From the IMG/VR virus record IMGVR_UViG_3300020436_000059, positions 1 through 29,319 of that record: a stretch of 29,319 nucleotides of DNA. One strand, written 5' to 3'. Below are positions 17,264-25,365 of this stretch, piece by piece. The translations under genes and the position numbers were made by a program. Source of the DNA: a virus. Every line of letters starts with the position of its first letter. The first letter of the stretch is position 1. A model generated the notes under the pieces. It worked only from the letters and a program-made list of their open reading frames with translations, had not been told where the DNA came from and did not search any database.

Positions 17264-17523
17264 GCTCCAGCCTTCCTTTTTTGTTTGCTTCCTCTGCCAT
17301 TACCAAGCTTAGCTTCAATATAATTTAATTGATCCGTAACTTCATCATTTAATTCTTTAAATTCATTTTTCATTTCATTTTTTGAATCAATTAATTTTAT
17401 AATAATCGATTCTAACCTGTCTAATTTTTTTGTTAGTTCCGAAGTTATAAATTTAAATAAACCAAAAAGCAAGACTGCTGAAAGTCCAGCAAATCCAAGT
17501 TCCGCAATATTATCAATAGGCAT
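17260..17523 (-). CDS. Single-pass membrane protein with a coiled-coil tail (holin- or spanin-like candidate)
   Basis: 87 aa with an N-terminal TM segment LGFAGLSAVLLFGLFKFI, then a charged coiled coil and a basic C-terminus. It lies about 0.5 kb upstream of the endolysin. Confidence 0.6.
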   Translation of the reverse strand: MPIDNIAELGFAGLSAVLLFGLFKFITSELTKKLDRLESIIIKLIDSKNEMKNEFKELNDEVTDQLNYIEAKLGNGRGSKQKRKAGA

Positions 17524-17748
17524 TTATTCCTCTTTCTTATTTCCTTTTAAACTATTAGAAAGCAAAGCAACATAATAATTTAATCCAGATTCCATTTGCT
17601 GTAAATTAAATTTAGCAGTTTCTACTTTCCTGTTTAAATCAGATATATGAGATAAATAATTTTTTTGATTATCATTCATATCTGAAATGTTATATTCCTT
17701 ATCATCTAGTGTTATGGTTTGTTTTTTTATTTTTTCATTTTTAGCCAT
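17524..17748 (-). CDS. Small coiled-coil hypothetical protein (alternative start 17769)
   Basis: ATG at 17748 (MAKNEKIKKQ...) has AAGGAG 5 nt upstream, right after the upstream stop. Confidence 0.6.
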   Translation of the reverse strand: MAKNEKIKKQTITLDDKEYNISDMNDNQKNYLSHISDLNRKVETAKFNLQQMESGLNYYVALLSNSLKGNKKEE

Positions 17749-17762
17749 TTTAACTCCTTTAT

Positions 17763-18056
17763 TTACCATTTAACTTTTGATGCCCAATAACTAGCACCCA
17801 TTTTTCCAAATTTTTTGATATACCCTGCATGCCTTGCTTTAAATGCTCTCCTCCTTGCCCTTTGTGATTTAGAAGAAGGATTTTTACCAGCACCTCTTAC
17901 TCCTTGCTGTCCAAAGCGTATTAGTTTTATTTTATGCCCTTGTTCAGCTAAAACCATGTGAGATTTAGTTTTATGCTTTGGAGTTCTTTTCGGTTTGTTT
18001 GTTCCTTGCAAACCATACCTTTTAATCATAGCTTTTTTTCTTGATAAATGTGCCAT
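17763..18056 (-). CDS. Very basic small protein (putative DNA-associated/internal virion protein)
   Basis: 97 aa, roughly 30% Lys+Arg (KPKRTPKHKTKSH...KSQRARRRAFKARHAGYIKKFGK...YWASKVKW). TAATG overlap with the upstream ORF. Confidence 0.7.
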   Translation of the reverse strand: MAHLSRKKAMIKRYGLQGTNKPKRTPKHKTKSHMVLAEQGHKIKLIRFGQQGVRGAGKNPSSKSQRARRRAFKARHAGYIKKFGKMGASYWASKVKW

Positions 18057-18235
18057 TAGCCAAACACTCTTTTCATTAAACTTTTTGGTATTCTTTTACC
18101 AGCTTTATAAAGCCTTTGCATCCTACTTAAATCGGATCCACGTTTAGAACGTTTCGCTCCTTTTGTTCCAGATAAATACTTTTTAGGGACACTTTTATAT
18201 TTTTTGTCTTTAATAACTTTTCTTATTTTAACCAC
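18056..18235 (-). CDS. Very basic 59-aa protein with a GTG start (not in the ORF track)
   Basis: Hand translation gives (GTG)VKIRKVIKDKKYKSVPKKYLSGTKGAKRSKRGSDLSRMQRLYKAGKRIPKSLMKRVFG*. The frame is bounded upstream by TAG, and GTG at 18235 is the only possible start. Its TAA overlaps the next ATG (TAATG). It fills a 171-nt gap in an otherwise gap-free operon. Confidence 0.45.
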   Translation of the reverse strand: MVKIRKVIKDKKYKSVPKKYLSGTKGAKRSKRGSDLSRMQRLYKAGKRIPKSLMKRVFG

Positions 18236-18479
18236 GTCTTTTTCTTTCTGCTCTTGCTAAATCAGTATCATGTTTTAATGATTTTCTACCTTTAACTATT
18301 TTAATAAAAGAATTAACTCTTGCTGATGCCCATGATGAAGGAGTTTGACCCGGTCGGGTTCCAGAACTGACTGCCGCTCCTAATCCTCTTTGATAAACCT
18401 TATATAAAGAACTTGCTCTAATTTTATTTTTTTTAGCTAATGCTCTTAATCTTTTTCTAGTTGTTACTGGAATTGCCAT
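18228..18479 (-). CDS. Very basic small protein
   Basis: 83 aa, about a quarter Lys+Arg (TRKRLRALAKKNKIRASSLYKVYQRGLGA...WASARVNSFIKIVKGRK...RAERKRRG). Confidence 0.7.
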   Translation of the reverse strand: MAIPVTTRKRLRALAKKNKIRASSLYKVYQRGLGAAVSSGTRPGQTPSSWASARVNSFIKIVKGRKSLKHDTDLARAERKRRG

Positions 18480-18805
18480 TATTTATTACCTATAATTATA
18501 TTCAAGTCATAAACTTTGTCTTGCAGTTTTATTATTTCAGCTTCATGCTGTGCAATTGTTTTTTCAATAAATCTTAAACTTGTATTTTGTATGTGGTCGC
18601 TTGAGATAGGGCTATCTTGTGAAGCCAACATATCTGCTTGTATTTTTTCTATGTGCATTGAATTATTACTTGATGTTGTTTCCAAAAAACTGATCCTACT
18701 ATCTAACTGGCTGTATCCCCAAACACCTAAAACGATTGCTGATAGAACTTGAATAAGAAAACTTAAGCTAAAACTTACTCCAGATGATTCTTGTATTTTA
18801 CTCAT
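18479..18805 (-). CDS. Single-pass membrane protein with a coiled coil (i-spanin-like candidate; ORF track start 18820)
   Basis: ATG at 18805 overlaps the stop of the lipoprotein gene (TAATG). TM segment FSLSFLIQVLSAIVLGVWGY is followed by a periplasmic coiled coil. Confidence 0.6.
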   Translation of the reverse strand: MSKIQESSGVSFSLSFLIQVLSAIVLGVWGYSQLDSRISFLETTSSNNSMHIEKIQADMLASQDSPISSDHIQNTSLRFIEKTIAQHEAEIIKLQDKVYDLNIIIGNK

Positions 18806-19041
18806 TAATATAATATCCAATCACTTGCTAAATCATTCCAATTTTTGTACTTAGTTCTGTTGGTGTCTTTTTTTACAACCTCAAACATTTCATGGTTATA
18901 ACACCAAAGCATTGTAGAATCTTCATTGAAGTGTAGTATTCTATTATAAAAATGTTTTTCGCCATGTTGGTCTTGTATATCCATATTACCTACTTTATTA
19001 CAGCCTAAAAGTATTAATGTTGCGAAGATTATTTTTTTCAT
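18805..19041 (-). CDS. Putative lipoprotein
   Basis: MKKIIFATLILLGC has a signal peptide plus a lipobox (L-L-G-C). 78 aa. It could be an outer-membrane spanin component or a superinfection-exclusion lipoprotein. Confidence 0.65.
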   Translation of the reverse strand: MKKIIFATLILLGCNKVGNMDIQDQHGEKHFYNRILHFNEDSTMLWCYNHEMFEVVKKDTNRTKYKNWNDLASDWILY

Positions 19042-19043
19042 AT

Positions 19044-19271
19044 TTACCCTAAATTATTATCTTTACAATATTGTTCTAAGTCAGAAGTAGCACATCCTTC
19101 TGGATATGGAAACCTTTTTTTAATTTCTGCTTTTTTATCAAGCCATACAGATTTTTCTATTTCTTCTGCCATATATTGTGCCAATAAAGGATCAGATTCA
19201 TTTTTATGAGCATAAATCCTTTGACTTTTTGCAGTTATATAATCATTTGCATTTTGTTTAGTTATTGACAT
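19044..19271 (-). CDS. Small hypothetical protein
   Basis: 75-aa ORF directly after the fibre gene. Confidence 0.6.
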   Translation of the reverse strand: MSITKQNANDYITAKSQRIYAHKNESDPLLAQYMAEEIEKSVWLDKKAEIKKRFPYPEGCATSDLEQYCKDNNLG

Positions 19272-19272
19272 T

Positions 19273-22200
19273 TTAGTCTCCTATTGCTAGAGGTTGAAAA
19301 GTTGCAGAGCAATCGTATGTGCCACCAGTCGCTGCTCTTAATGACATTCCAGAAACACTTATTGTAAAATCATTACTTTCTATTGTATTTATTAAAGCGA
19401 TACCTGAATTATCTACTCCGAAAATTCCTACAAACCTAGTAGAGTAGCTACCGCCTCGTCTAACAATATTGAATAAGTAAATTCCATCACCTGTGCTATT
19501 AGCTGGAGCTACATCAGAAACATCAAAAACCTCAGTTGCACTTGTACCTACTGAAACATTAGTATGTAATGCACCAAAATTCATGCCTTGTCCAAGAGTT
19601 ACGCTGTCATCTTGGTCAATTAATAACCTTTCGGATCCACCAGTTTCAAATGCTATGGCAGTGCTATTTAGTGCAGAAAATCTATTTTTATTTCCACCAC
19701 CACCACTATACTCTGCAGATGTTATTGCAAATACAGATGCTGGGTGAGATGAATCCGTAAAAGTAATATGTTGAACTGCATCTGCACCAGAAAATGTAAC
19801 TGGTTGAAATGTTGTTGTCGTGGTTCCATCAATTACTAATTTTTCTGCATTGTTAGCATCAAAGTGAATTTCATTTGCAGTTTCAAAATCAATTTTAGTT
19901 TCAGCATCCTCACCTATTACTATATCAGTTGCAAGCAATGATGTAATTCCTGTCTGTGAAGCATTTATTGAAAAATCAAGATTATCATTTGATGTGTCAT
20001 AAGTTACTGTTATGCCACTTTCAGTATTACTTGAAACCATATTCGTGCCAACCGTATCTCTTACAAATGTTCCTAATGCAACACCATCTATTGTAACAGC
20101 ATCAGCTTCAAGTGTACCATCCACATCAACATCACCACTAATGTCTAAACTGCTAGCTTCAATTTCTCCAGATGTTTTGAATATTACATTATCTCCACCA
20201 TCTACTTCAAAGATGATTTGATTATCTGTACCGAACTTAATTCTGTTGTCAGCATCCCTTCCAATTTCTAAACTGCTATTAACAAGAGATGTAATGCTTG
20301 TCATTGAAGCATCAATTTCCAAATCAATGGTATTGTCTGCATCTTGATAAGTTGCTGTAATTCCAGTTTCAGTATTAGAGCTGAACATAGCTCCAGTTGT
20401 ATCAGAAATAGTTTCTGCTAAAGTAACACCACCAATTGTTATAGCATCTGCCTCAAGTGTTCCGTTGATATGTGCATCTTTAAATTGTAAGCTATCACTA
20501 CCTAAATCAACATCATTGTCTGTTACTGGTAATAATGCTCCATCTTGTAATTTAATTTGGTCTGCTCCTGATGCTCTAAAAATAATATTATTGTCAGTAG
20601 CAAAATCAATATCGTTATCTGCATCTCTACCAACAACTAAACTTGTATTTGTTATTGAAGTAATTCCAGTTTGCGAAGCACTTAATGAAAAGTCTAATGT
20701 GCCATCACCATCTTCGTATGTTACTGCTATTCCAGATTCAGTATTTGAAGAAACCATAGCACCAGCTGTGTCCTGAACAAATTCTGTTATAGAATCTGAA
20801 CCTCCTATTGTAACTCCTGTTGCTATATCACCAGAATCAATATTTACATTAGTCATTGCATTGGATCCAAAATCAGAAGTAGAATCAATATCTAATGCCT
20901 TGTGGAATTGTATTTTTTCGGATGAATTACTTGTATCAATTGTAATATAAGAGTTTGAACTTTCTTTAATACTAAAAGCACTTGCCTGATTGTCATCCAT
21001 AGCAATATTAAAAGTAGAACCATCAGATGATATACTATCAGCACTAATATCGCCAATATTTGTAATGTCATTGTCATTAAATGATGTACCTCCTAAACTG
21101 ATTGTGCCAGTTGCAGTAAGGTTTGATGAGCCAATATCAATAGCTCCGAATCCACTAGAAATTGCACCAGTTCCTAAAGTTCCGACAGATGTAATATTGG
21201 TTTGTGATGCAGTTTGTATAGTTCCTTCTAAATCTGCTTTAATTGTTCCTACACTACCTGATACTACTTCCGAAGAAATACTAGCATCTGGAACAAACAT
21301 TAACTTTCCATCTGAATCATCAAATCCTAAAAATGCAGTTTTAGCAGATGAGCCATTATGATAAAACATGGCTAAACCAACATCTTTATTTGTATCTGAG
21401 CCAAGGTTAGCACCATCATCAGCAGTCTGTAATGATATAATAGGGTCGTTAATAGTCATTGTTGAAACATTTTGAGTAACAGTAGAACCATTTACTTTCA
21501 AATCACCTGTAATAGTTAAATTGTCATTAATAGTTGTTTCACTTGTGCTATGTCCTATACTAATTGAGGTGCCACTAATACCTGTACCTATTGATACAGA
21601 TTCTGAACTATTTGCAGTATCGATAATTAAGTAAGCATCTGAACCTTGTTTAATTGTAAACGAAGTTGCACTATTGTCAGAAACGGCAATATTAATATCT
21701 GTTCCGTCTGCTGAAATACTATCAAGCGCTATATCTCCAACATTAGTGATATTATTATCACCAAAAGATGTAGCCCCAAGGGTTACGGATCCAGTAGTGC
21801 TCAATGCTCCTGAACCTATATCTATACTTGAAAATCCAGATGTAATTGAACCACTATTTAAAGCACCAACTGTTGTTGCAGCAGTTGTTACAAGATTAGG
21901 CATTGCGGTTATTTCATCATCAAAATATGCACTTAGGTCTGTAACTGCAACTTGTTTCATTGTACCGCTATCGTTTAAAACAACCCTATCTGCATCTGCT
22001 ATTGTTGTTGAACTAGCAGAAGTATCTCCGTCTAAAATATTTATTTCTGTTGCAGTTGCATTAATAGATGCTAATTTTGTAAAATCTGCTTGTACTAACC
22101 CAGAAACTCCATCTAATAAATTAAGTTCTGAAGCTGTTGCAGTAACTCCATCTAATATATTTAATTCAGATGTAGTTGCAGTTACGCCATCTAAAATATT

Positions 22201-23061
22201 AAGTTCTGATGCAGTACTTGTTACATTAGTTCCTCCGATATCAAGTGTAGTAACACTAATTTCTCCAGCAATAGTTGCAATACCATCTGCTAGTGTAATT
22301 AGGTCCGTATCGCTTGTATGTCCAATAGTTGACCCATTTATATTTATATTATCAATAACTGCTTGAGTAACTGCACTATTTGTTCCAAGAGTAACCCCAT
22401 CTATCGAACCGCCATCTATATCAGGACTATTAATGTCGGGGCTTGTCAAAGTTTTATTTGTTAATGTATCTGAAGTTGCTAATCCTACTAAAGTATCAGT
22501 TGCATTAGGTAGTGTTATTGTTCTGTCGCCATCTGGGTCGCCTGGTGATAATGTTATTTCGTGAGCATCACTTGTTGAACCCTCAAAGACTAAACTGCCA
22601 GTAATAGTACCGCCAAAAGCAATTGTATCACTTGAAGCATCACCTAAAGTGATAGTACCACCATTGAAAGTTGTCGTTCCTGTCACCGTTAAGTTTCCAC
22701 CGACAGAAGCATTTCCAGTTATTGTTAAATTATCTGCTATTGTAGTTTCTGATGTGGTATGTCCGATTGTAACGGCTATTCCAGATGTTTCAGTTGCAAT
22801 CTTTAATATACCAGTTGAATTAGTAATGAAAGAATTGGATCCATCATGATATATTTGTAAATCACTTCCAGTTCCTAATTTAATAGTTTTGCTGTCTATT
22901 AATTCAATTCCATTAGTTGATATTTTTAAAGCTGAAGCAGTTCCGTCTCCATCTGTTATTGAAACTGCTGTACTACTAATGCCTGAAGTTTCTCCAGTAT
23001 GTAATAATTGAGAATATGTATCTGATATTCTACTATTTGATAAATCTGCTAAAGCTGACAT
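19273..23061 (-). CDS. Large repeat-rich fibre/structural protein (tail-fibre-like)
   Basis: 1262 aa, rich in Thr/Ser/Gly/Asp/Ile. It has several internal repeat families, including tandem (T)(A/T)SELNILDGVTA units characteristic of phage fibre proteins. Confidence 0.85.
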   Translation of the reverse strand: MSALADLSNSRISDTYSQLLHTGETSGISSTAVSITDGDGTASALKISTNGIELIDSKTIKLGTGSDLQIYHDGSNSFITNSTGILKIATETSGIAVTIGHTTSETTIADNLTITGNASVGGNLTVTGTTTFNGGTITLGDASSDTIAFGGTITGSLVFEGSTSDAHEITLSPGDPDGDRTITLPNATDTLVGLATSDTLTNKTLTSPDINSPDIDGGSIDGVTLGTNSAVTQAVIDNININGSTIGHTSDTDLITLADGIATIAGEISVTTLDIGGTNVTSTASELNILDGVTATTSELNILDGVTATASELNLLDGVSGLVQADFTKLASINATATEINILDGDTSASSTTIADADRVVLNDSGTMKQVAVTDLSAYFDDEITAMPNLVTTAATTVGALNSGSITSGFSSIDIGSGALSTTGSVTLGATSFGDNNITNVGDIALDSISADGTDINIAVSDNSATSFTIKQGSDAYLIIDTANSSESVSIGTGISGTSISIGHSTSETTINDNLTITGDLKVNGSTVTQNVSTMTINDPIISLQTADDGANLGSDTNKDVGLAMFYHNGSSAKTAFLGFDDSDGKLMFVPDASISSEVVSGSVGTIKADLEGTIQTASQTNITSVGTLGTGAISSGFGAIDIGSSNLTATGTISLGGTSFNDNDITNIGDISADSISSDGSTFNIAMDDNQASAFSIKESSNSYITIDTSNSSEKIQFHKALDIDSTSDFGSNAMTNVNIDSGDIATGVTIGGSDSITEFVQDTAGAMVSSNTESGIAVTYEDGDGTLDFSLSASQTGITSITNTSLVVGRDADNDIDFATDNNIIFRASGADQIKLQDGALLPVTDNDVDLGSDSLQFKDAHINGTLEADAITIGGVTLAETISDTTGAMFSSNTETGITATYQDADNTIDLEIDASMTSITSLVNSSLEIGRDADNRIKFGTDNQIIFEVDGGDNVIFKTSGEIEASSLDISGDVDVDGTLEADAVTIDGVALGTFVRDTVGTNMVSSNTESGITVTYDTSNDNLDFSINASQTGITSLLATDIVIGEDAETKIDFETANEIHFDANNAEKLVIDGTTTTTFQPVTFSGADAVQHITFTDSSHPASVFAITSAEYSGGGGNKNRFSALNSTAIAFETGGSERLLIDQDDSVTLGQGMNFGALHTNVSVGTSATEVFDVSDVAPANSTGDGIYLFNIVRRGGSYSTRFVGIFGVDNSGIALINTIESNDFTISVSGMSLRAATGGTYDCSATFQPLAIGD
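19822..20793 (-). repeat. Three ~110-aa divergent coding repeats within the fibre gene
   Basis: aa ~757-1080. The module D(T)xGAMxSSNTE(S/T)GI(A/T)(V/A)TY(E/Q/D)D...LDF(S/E)(L/I)xASQTGITS(I/L)...(V/E)(V/I)G(R/E)DA(D/E)N.I.F.T.N.IIF occurs three times. Approximate coordinates. Confidence 0.65.
20902..21870 (-). repeat. Two ~95-aa divergent coding repeats within the fibre gene
   Basis: aa ~398-495 and ~626-720: G(A/T)(L/I)(N/S)SG..S(S/G)(I/A)IDIGS..L..TG(S/T)(V/I)(T/S)LG(A/G)TSF.DN(N/D)ITN(V/I)GDI..DSIS.DG...NIA..DN.A..F.IK..S..Y..IDT.NSSE. Approximate coordinates. Confidence 0.65.
22012..22215 (-). repeat. In-frame tandem coding repeats (13-aa ELNxLDG units, 3 good copies plus 1 degenerate)
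   Basis: aa ~283-350 of the fibre: TASELNILDGVTAT / TSELNILDGVTAT / ASELNLLDGVSG ... ATEINILDGDTSAS. Coordinates were derived from residue numbering by hand and may be off by a few nt. Confidence 0.7.
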
Positions 23062-23070
23062 TTTTTACTC

Positions 23071-23271
23071 CTAATAATCTGTATTATCGAAACTGCCCTT
23101 TTTATATTCTTCTTCATAAAAATCTTTACCGAATCGAGTTGATGTTTTACTAATAATTCTTCTTAAATCCTTGCTATTGCACTCTTTACATTTCGGATCC
23201 ATGTGTACTAATCCATGCCAATGTTCTATTATTTTTTTACACTTGTTGCATTGATATTCATATAAAGGCAT
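23071..23271 (-). CDS. FmdB-family-like zinc-ribbon protein
   Basis: The MPLYEYQCNKCKK...CKECNS pattern (MPxYEYxCxxC ... CxxC) is typical of FmdB/CxxC_CxxC_SSSS zinc ribbons. 66 aa. Confidence 0.65.
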   Translation of the reverse strand: MPLYEYQCNKCKKIIEHWHGLVHMDPKCKECNSKDLRRIISKTSTRFGKDFYEEEYKKGSFDNTDY

Positions 23272-23477
23272 TATTTTTTAGCCTTTTTACTTTTTGGTTT
23301 AGGTTTACGTTTAGGCTTAGGTTCGCAAGTTGAATCAGAGCCTAAATTATTACTGCAATCGCAATCATCTTCTTCACAAACTTTATAACCTAATTCTAAA
23401 TATTTTTCAAGTCTTTCTTCTGATAAATTGTGTTTTCCAATTACTTTCTTATCTTTTATTAAATATGTCCATTCCAT
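23271..23477 (-). CDS. Small hypothetical protein with a poly-basic tail
   Basis: 68 aa. C-terminus KPKRKPKPKSKKAKK. AGGAGG upstream of the ATG. Confidence 0.6.
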   Translation of the reverse strand: MEWTYLIKDKKVIGKHNLSEERLEKYLELGYKVCEEDDCDCSNNLGSDSTCEPKPKRKPKPKSKKAKK

Positions 23478-23490
23478 TTCTATTCCTCCT

Positions 23491-23521
23491 ATTTTGAAAA
23501 AGAGGGTGTTTTACCACCCTC
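23491..23521 (-). terminator. Intrinsic terminator just downstream of the major capsid gene
   Basis: The minus strand reads GAGGGTG-gtaaaa-CACCCTC followed by TTTTTCAAAAT. It has a 7-bp GC-rich stem and lies 16 nt after the capsid stop codon. Confidence 0.7.
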
Positions 23522-23536
23522 AATTTCTTATTCCAA

Positions 23537-24403
23537 TTAAGGATTGTTAAAGTTAACAACAGGTAGTGCTGTTGAACTTGCGCTATGAGATAAGCAAGCA
23601 CCAAAGAGACTATCAACTACAATGGATGTAGCAAGATAATCGATATCGTACTGCTCCTGAACTCTAGGGCGTAATTGCGAAGCGTAATAGACACCAGAAG
23701 TTTTGAAAATACTTCCAGATTCGTCTCCAGTACCTCCGTCATCATCCCAATCCACGCTGGCATACACAGGCATGCCGTAAACATTTCCTAACTCACCAGA
23801 AACATTTGGATTTGTAGCATCACCTCTAATAGTTGCAGAATTAAAATCTGACAAACCTAATATTGATGAATACATAGCTGGAGAAGCATAGAAAAATGTT
23901 TGTCCATCTGTGTATGAATGACCACCATCAAGAAGCTTTTGAAGTCCGCTTCTAATTAATGCTGTTGTTGCTGTATTATCAGCGGCCAATGTTACGTCGT
24001 TTCCAGTAGCACTTTGAAGTACGTCAACTGCAATATAGTTCTCTATTTTCTTTGCAATGGAATAGCCCATTGATTGAGCATACATTCCAAACAAATCAGA
24101 ATTTTCTTGAACTCTTACTAAGTCGCCTATTCTTTTTGCTTCATAAACGTGTTGGTTGATTGATAGCTCAACTTCGCCATCTGTGTTTGCACCATAAGAT
24201 ACTGCTGATCCACTGCTCAAAGTCGCAGCAGTTTCTTCAGTAACTTTTGGGATGTTTAACTTATTGCCACCCTCTGCAACCATGCTTGAAAGGTCAGTAA
24301 CTTGATTAACAAGTCTAAATTCTCTTTCTGCATAGTCAAGAACGGCATCTGACCACATTTCAGGAATAAAATTCGCTGCCGTGGTTAGTGTTACTTCTGC
24401 CAT
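23537..24403 (-). CDS. Major capsid protein (HK97-fold type, by position and N-terminal motif)
   Basis: 288 aa, preceded by a scaffold-like gene and followed by a strong terminator. The N-terminal ...FIPEMWSDAVLDYAE... resembles the IPE(I/V/M)WS motif of a common capsid family. Confidence 0.8.
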   Translation of the reverse strand: MAEVTLTTAANFIPEMWSDAVLDYAEREFRLVNQVTDLSSMVAEGGNKLNIPKVTEETAATLSSGSAVSYGANTDGEVELSINQHVYEAKRIGDLVRVQENSDLFGMYAQSMGYSIAKKIENYIAVDVLQSATGNDVTLAADNTATTALIRSGLQKLLDGGHSYTDGQTFFYASPAMYSSILGLSDFNSATIRGDATNPNVSGELGNVYGMPVYASVDWDDDGGTGDESGSIFKTSGVYYASQLRPRVQEQYDIDYLATSIVVDSLFGACLSHSASSTALPVVNFNNP

Positions 24404-24408
24404 AATTA

Positions 24409-24936
24409 TTATTTCCTATTTTTGTATGATTGTACAATGCCTGCCCAGTTCTGCCTTCGTTCAGATTTATTCATTTCCATCATTTTTTTAGGATTAGTTT
24501 GAATAACTCCTGCATTACCAGTTTCAGTTTTGACAACCTTTTTGTTAATTAATCTTTTATGAAATTTAGTTAAGTCACTTAATGGTAAGTGTCCAAAGTC
24601 TTTAATTTCATCTTCTGTAAAGTCTGCTAGCAACCTTTGCCTTTCATCTTCCATATAAGCATTAGCTTTTTGGACTTGTGGCTCTAGTTCATCTCTTTCT
24701 TGCTTATATTTTTCAGCAAGTGTTTTCCACTCCTCTTTTTCTGCTAATTCATCTTCAGATTTTTTAGCTAATTGTGCCTTGAGTTCTTCTAACTCTTTTT
24801 CAACAGACTGGGCTCTTTGTCGGTATTTTTTCGCTTCTTGAATAACTTCATGCCGACTATCAACGTCATTAGAGACAGGTTGCTCTACTGGCTGATTATT
24901 TTCTTCGCTCACCTGAGCATCTTTTTCTTCGTTCAT
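24409..24936 (-). CDS. Scaffolding protein
   Basis: 175 aa, highly charged, Glu/Lys-rich coiled coil (VEKELEELKAQLAKKSEDELAEKEEWKTLAEKYKQERDELE). It is located between the head-morphogenesis and capsid genes. Confidence 0.7.
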   Translation of the reverse strand: MNEEKDAQVSEENNQPVEQPVSNDVDSRHEVIQEAKKYRQRAQSVEKELEELKAQLAKKSEDELAEKEEWKTLAEKYKQERDELEPQVQKANAYMEDERQRLLADFTEDEIKDFGHLPLSDLTKFHKRLINKKVVKTETGNAGVIQTNPKKMMEMNKSERRQNWAGIVQSYKNRK

Positions 24937-24951
24937 CTGAACATTTCCTTT

Positions 24952-25365
24952 CTATTTGCCAACTTGTATTGTAGTTGGCTTTGCTGTGTAGTTTGTTATT
25001 TGTAAGTTTAATTCTGTATTTATAATATTTTCTACTTTGCCTAAATTCTTATTATTCAAACCTAATACGCTATATCTTAATCGTTCCATGTTTCGCACTT
25101 TCCCGCCTTCTGCATAAACTAATTTAAATCCGTTATTACCTTCTGGAACTGATGTAATTCTTCTTAACATATCACCAGTAAACCGAGCATCTACAAATGA
25201 TGTGTCTTTTCCTTTTGACTTTCTAAACTCTCTATAATCTACGCTATATTGAAATTTACCAACCTTTCCAGTTTCATTTTGGAAAACACCTTTAGAAGCA
25301 TCTTCCAATATTAAAGATTTTGCTATTTTAGAAAGTTTAATAAATGTTTTTGATAATTCAAACAT
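24952..25365 (-). CDS. Hypothetical head-module protein (ORF track start 25386)
   Basis: ATG at 25365 (MFELSKTF...) overlaps the upstream stop as TAATG. Confidence 0.6.
   Translation of the reverse strand: MFELSKTFIKLSKIAKSLILEDASKGVFQNETGKVGKFQYSVDYREFRKSKGKDTSFVDARFTGDMLRRITSVPEGNNGFKLVYAEGGKVRNMERLRYSVLGLNNKNLGKVENIINTELNLQITNYTAKPTTIQVGK

Noticed and set aside
22012-22215. Regular short DNA repeats in the fibre gene as a possible CRISPR-like or VNTR array.
   Set aside because: The repeats are contiguous with no spacers, in frame, and translate to the ELNILDG fibre motif. They are coding tandem repeats.
21674-22366. Long antisense ORFs opposite the structural genes. Examples are the 230-aa ORF at 21674..22366, the 143-aa ORF at 10679..11110, and 9228..9587, 20465..20776, 20990..21361, 7075..7329, 7402..7653, 8874..9107, 16005..16274, 18516..18752, 19493..19747 and 22649..22849.
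   Set aside because: They lie wholly inside much longer, well-supported minus-strand genes. Their translations are low-complexity (Ser/Pro/Val/Ile-rich), and they lack ribosome-binding sites. They are explained by codon bias of the sense genes: few TTA/CTA/TCA codons means few antisense stops.
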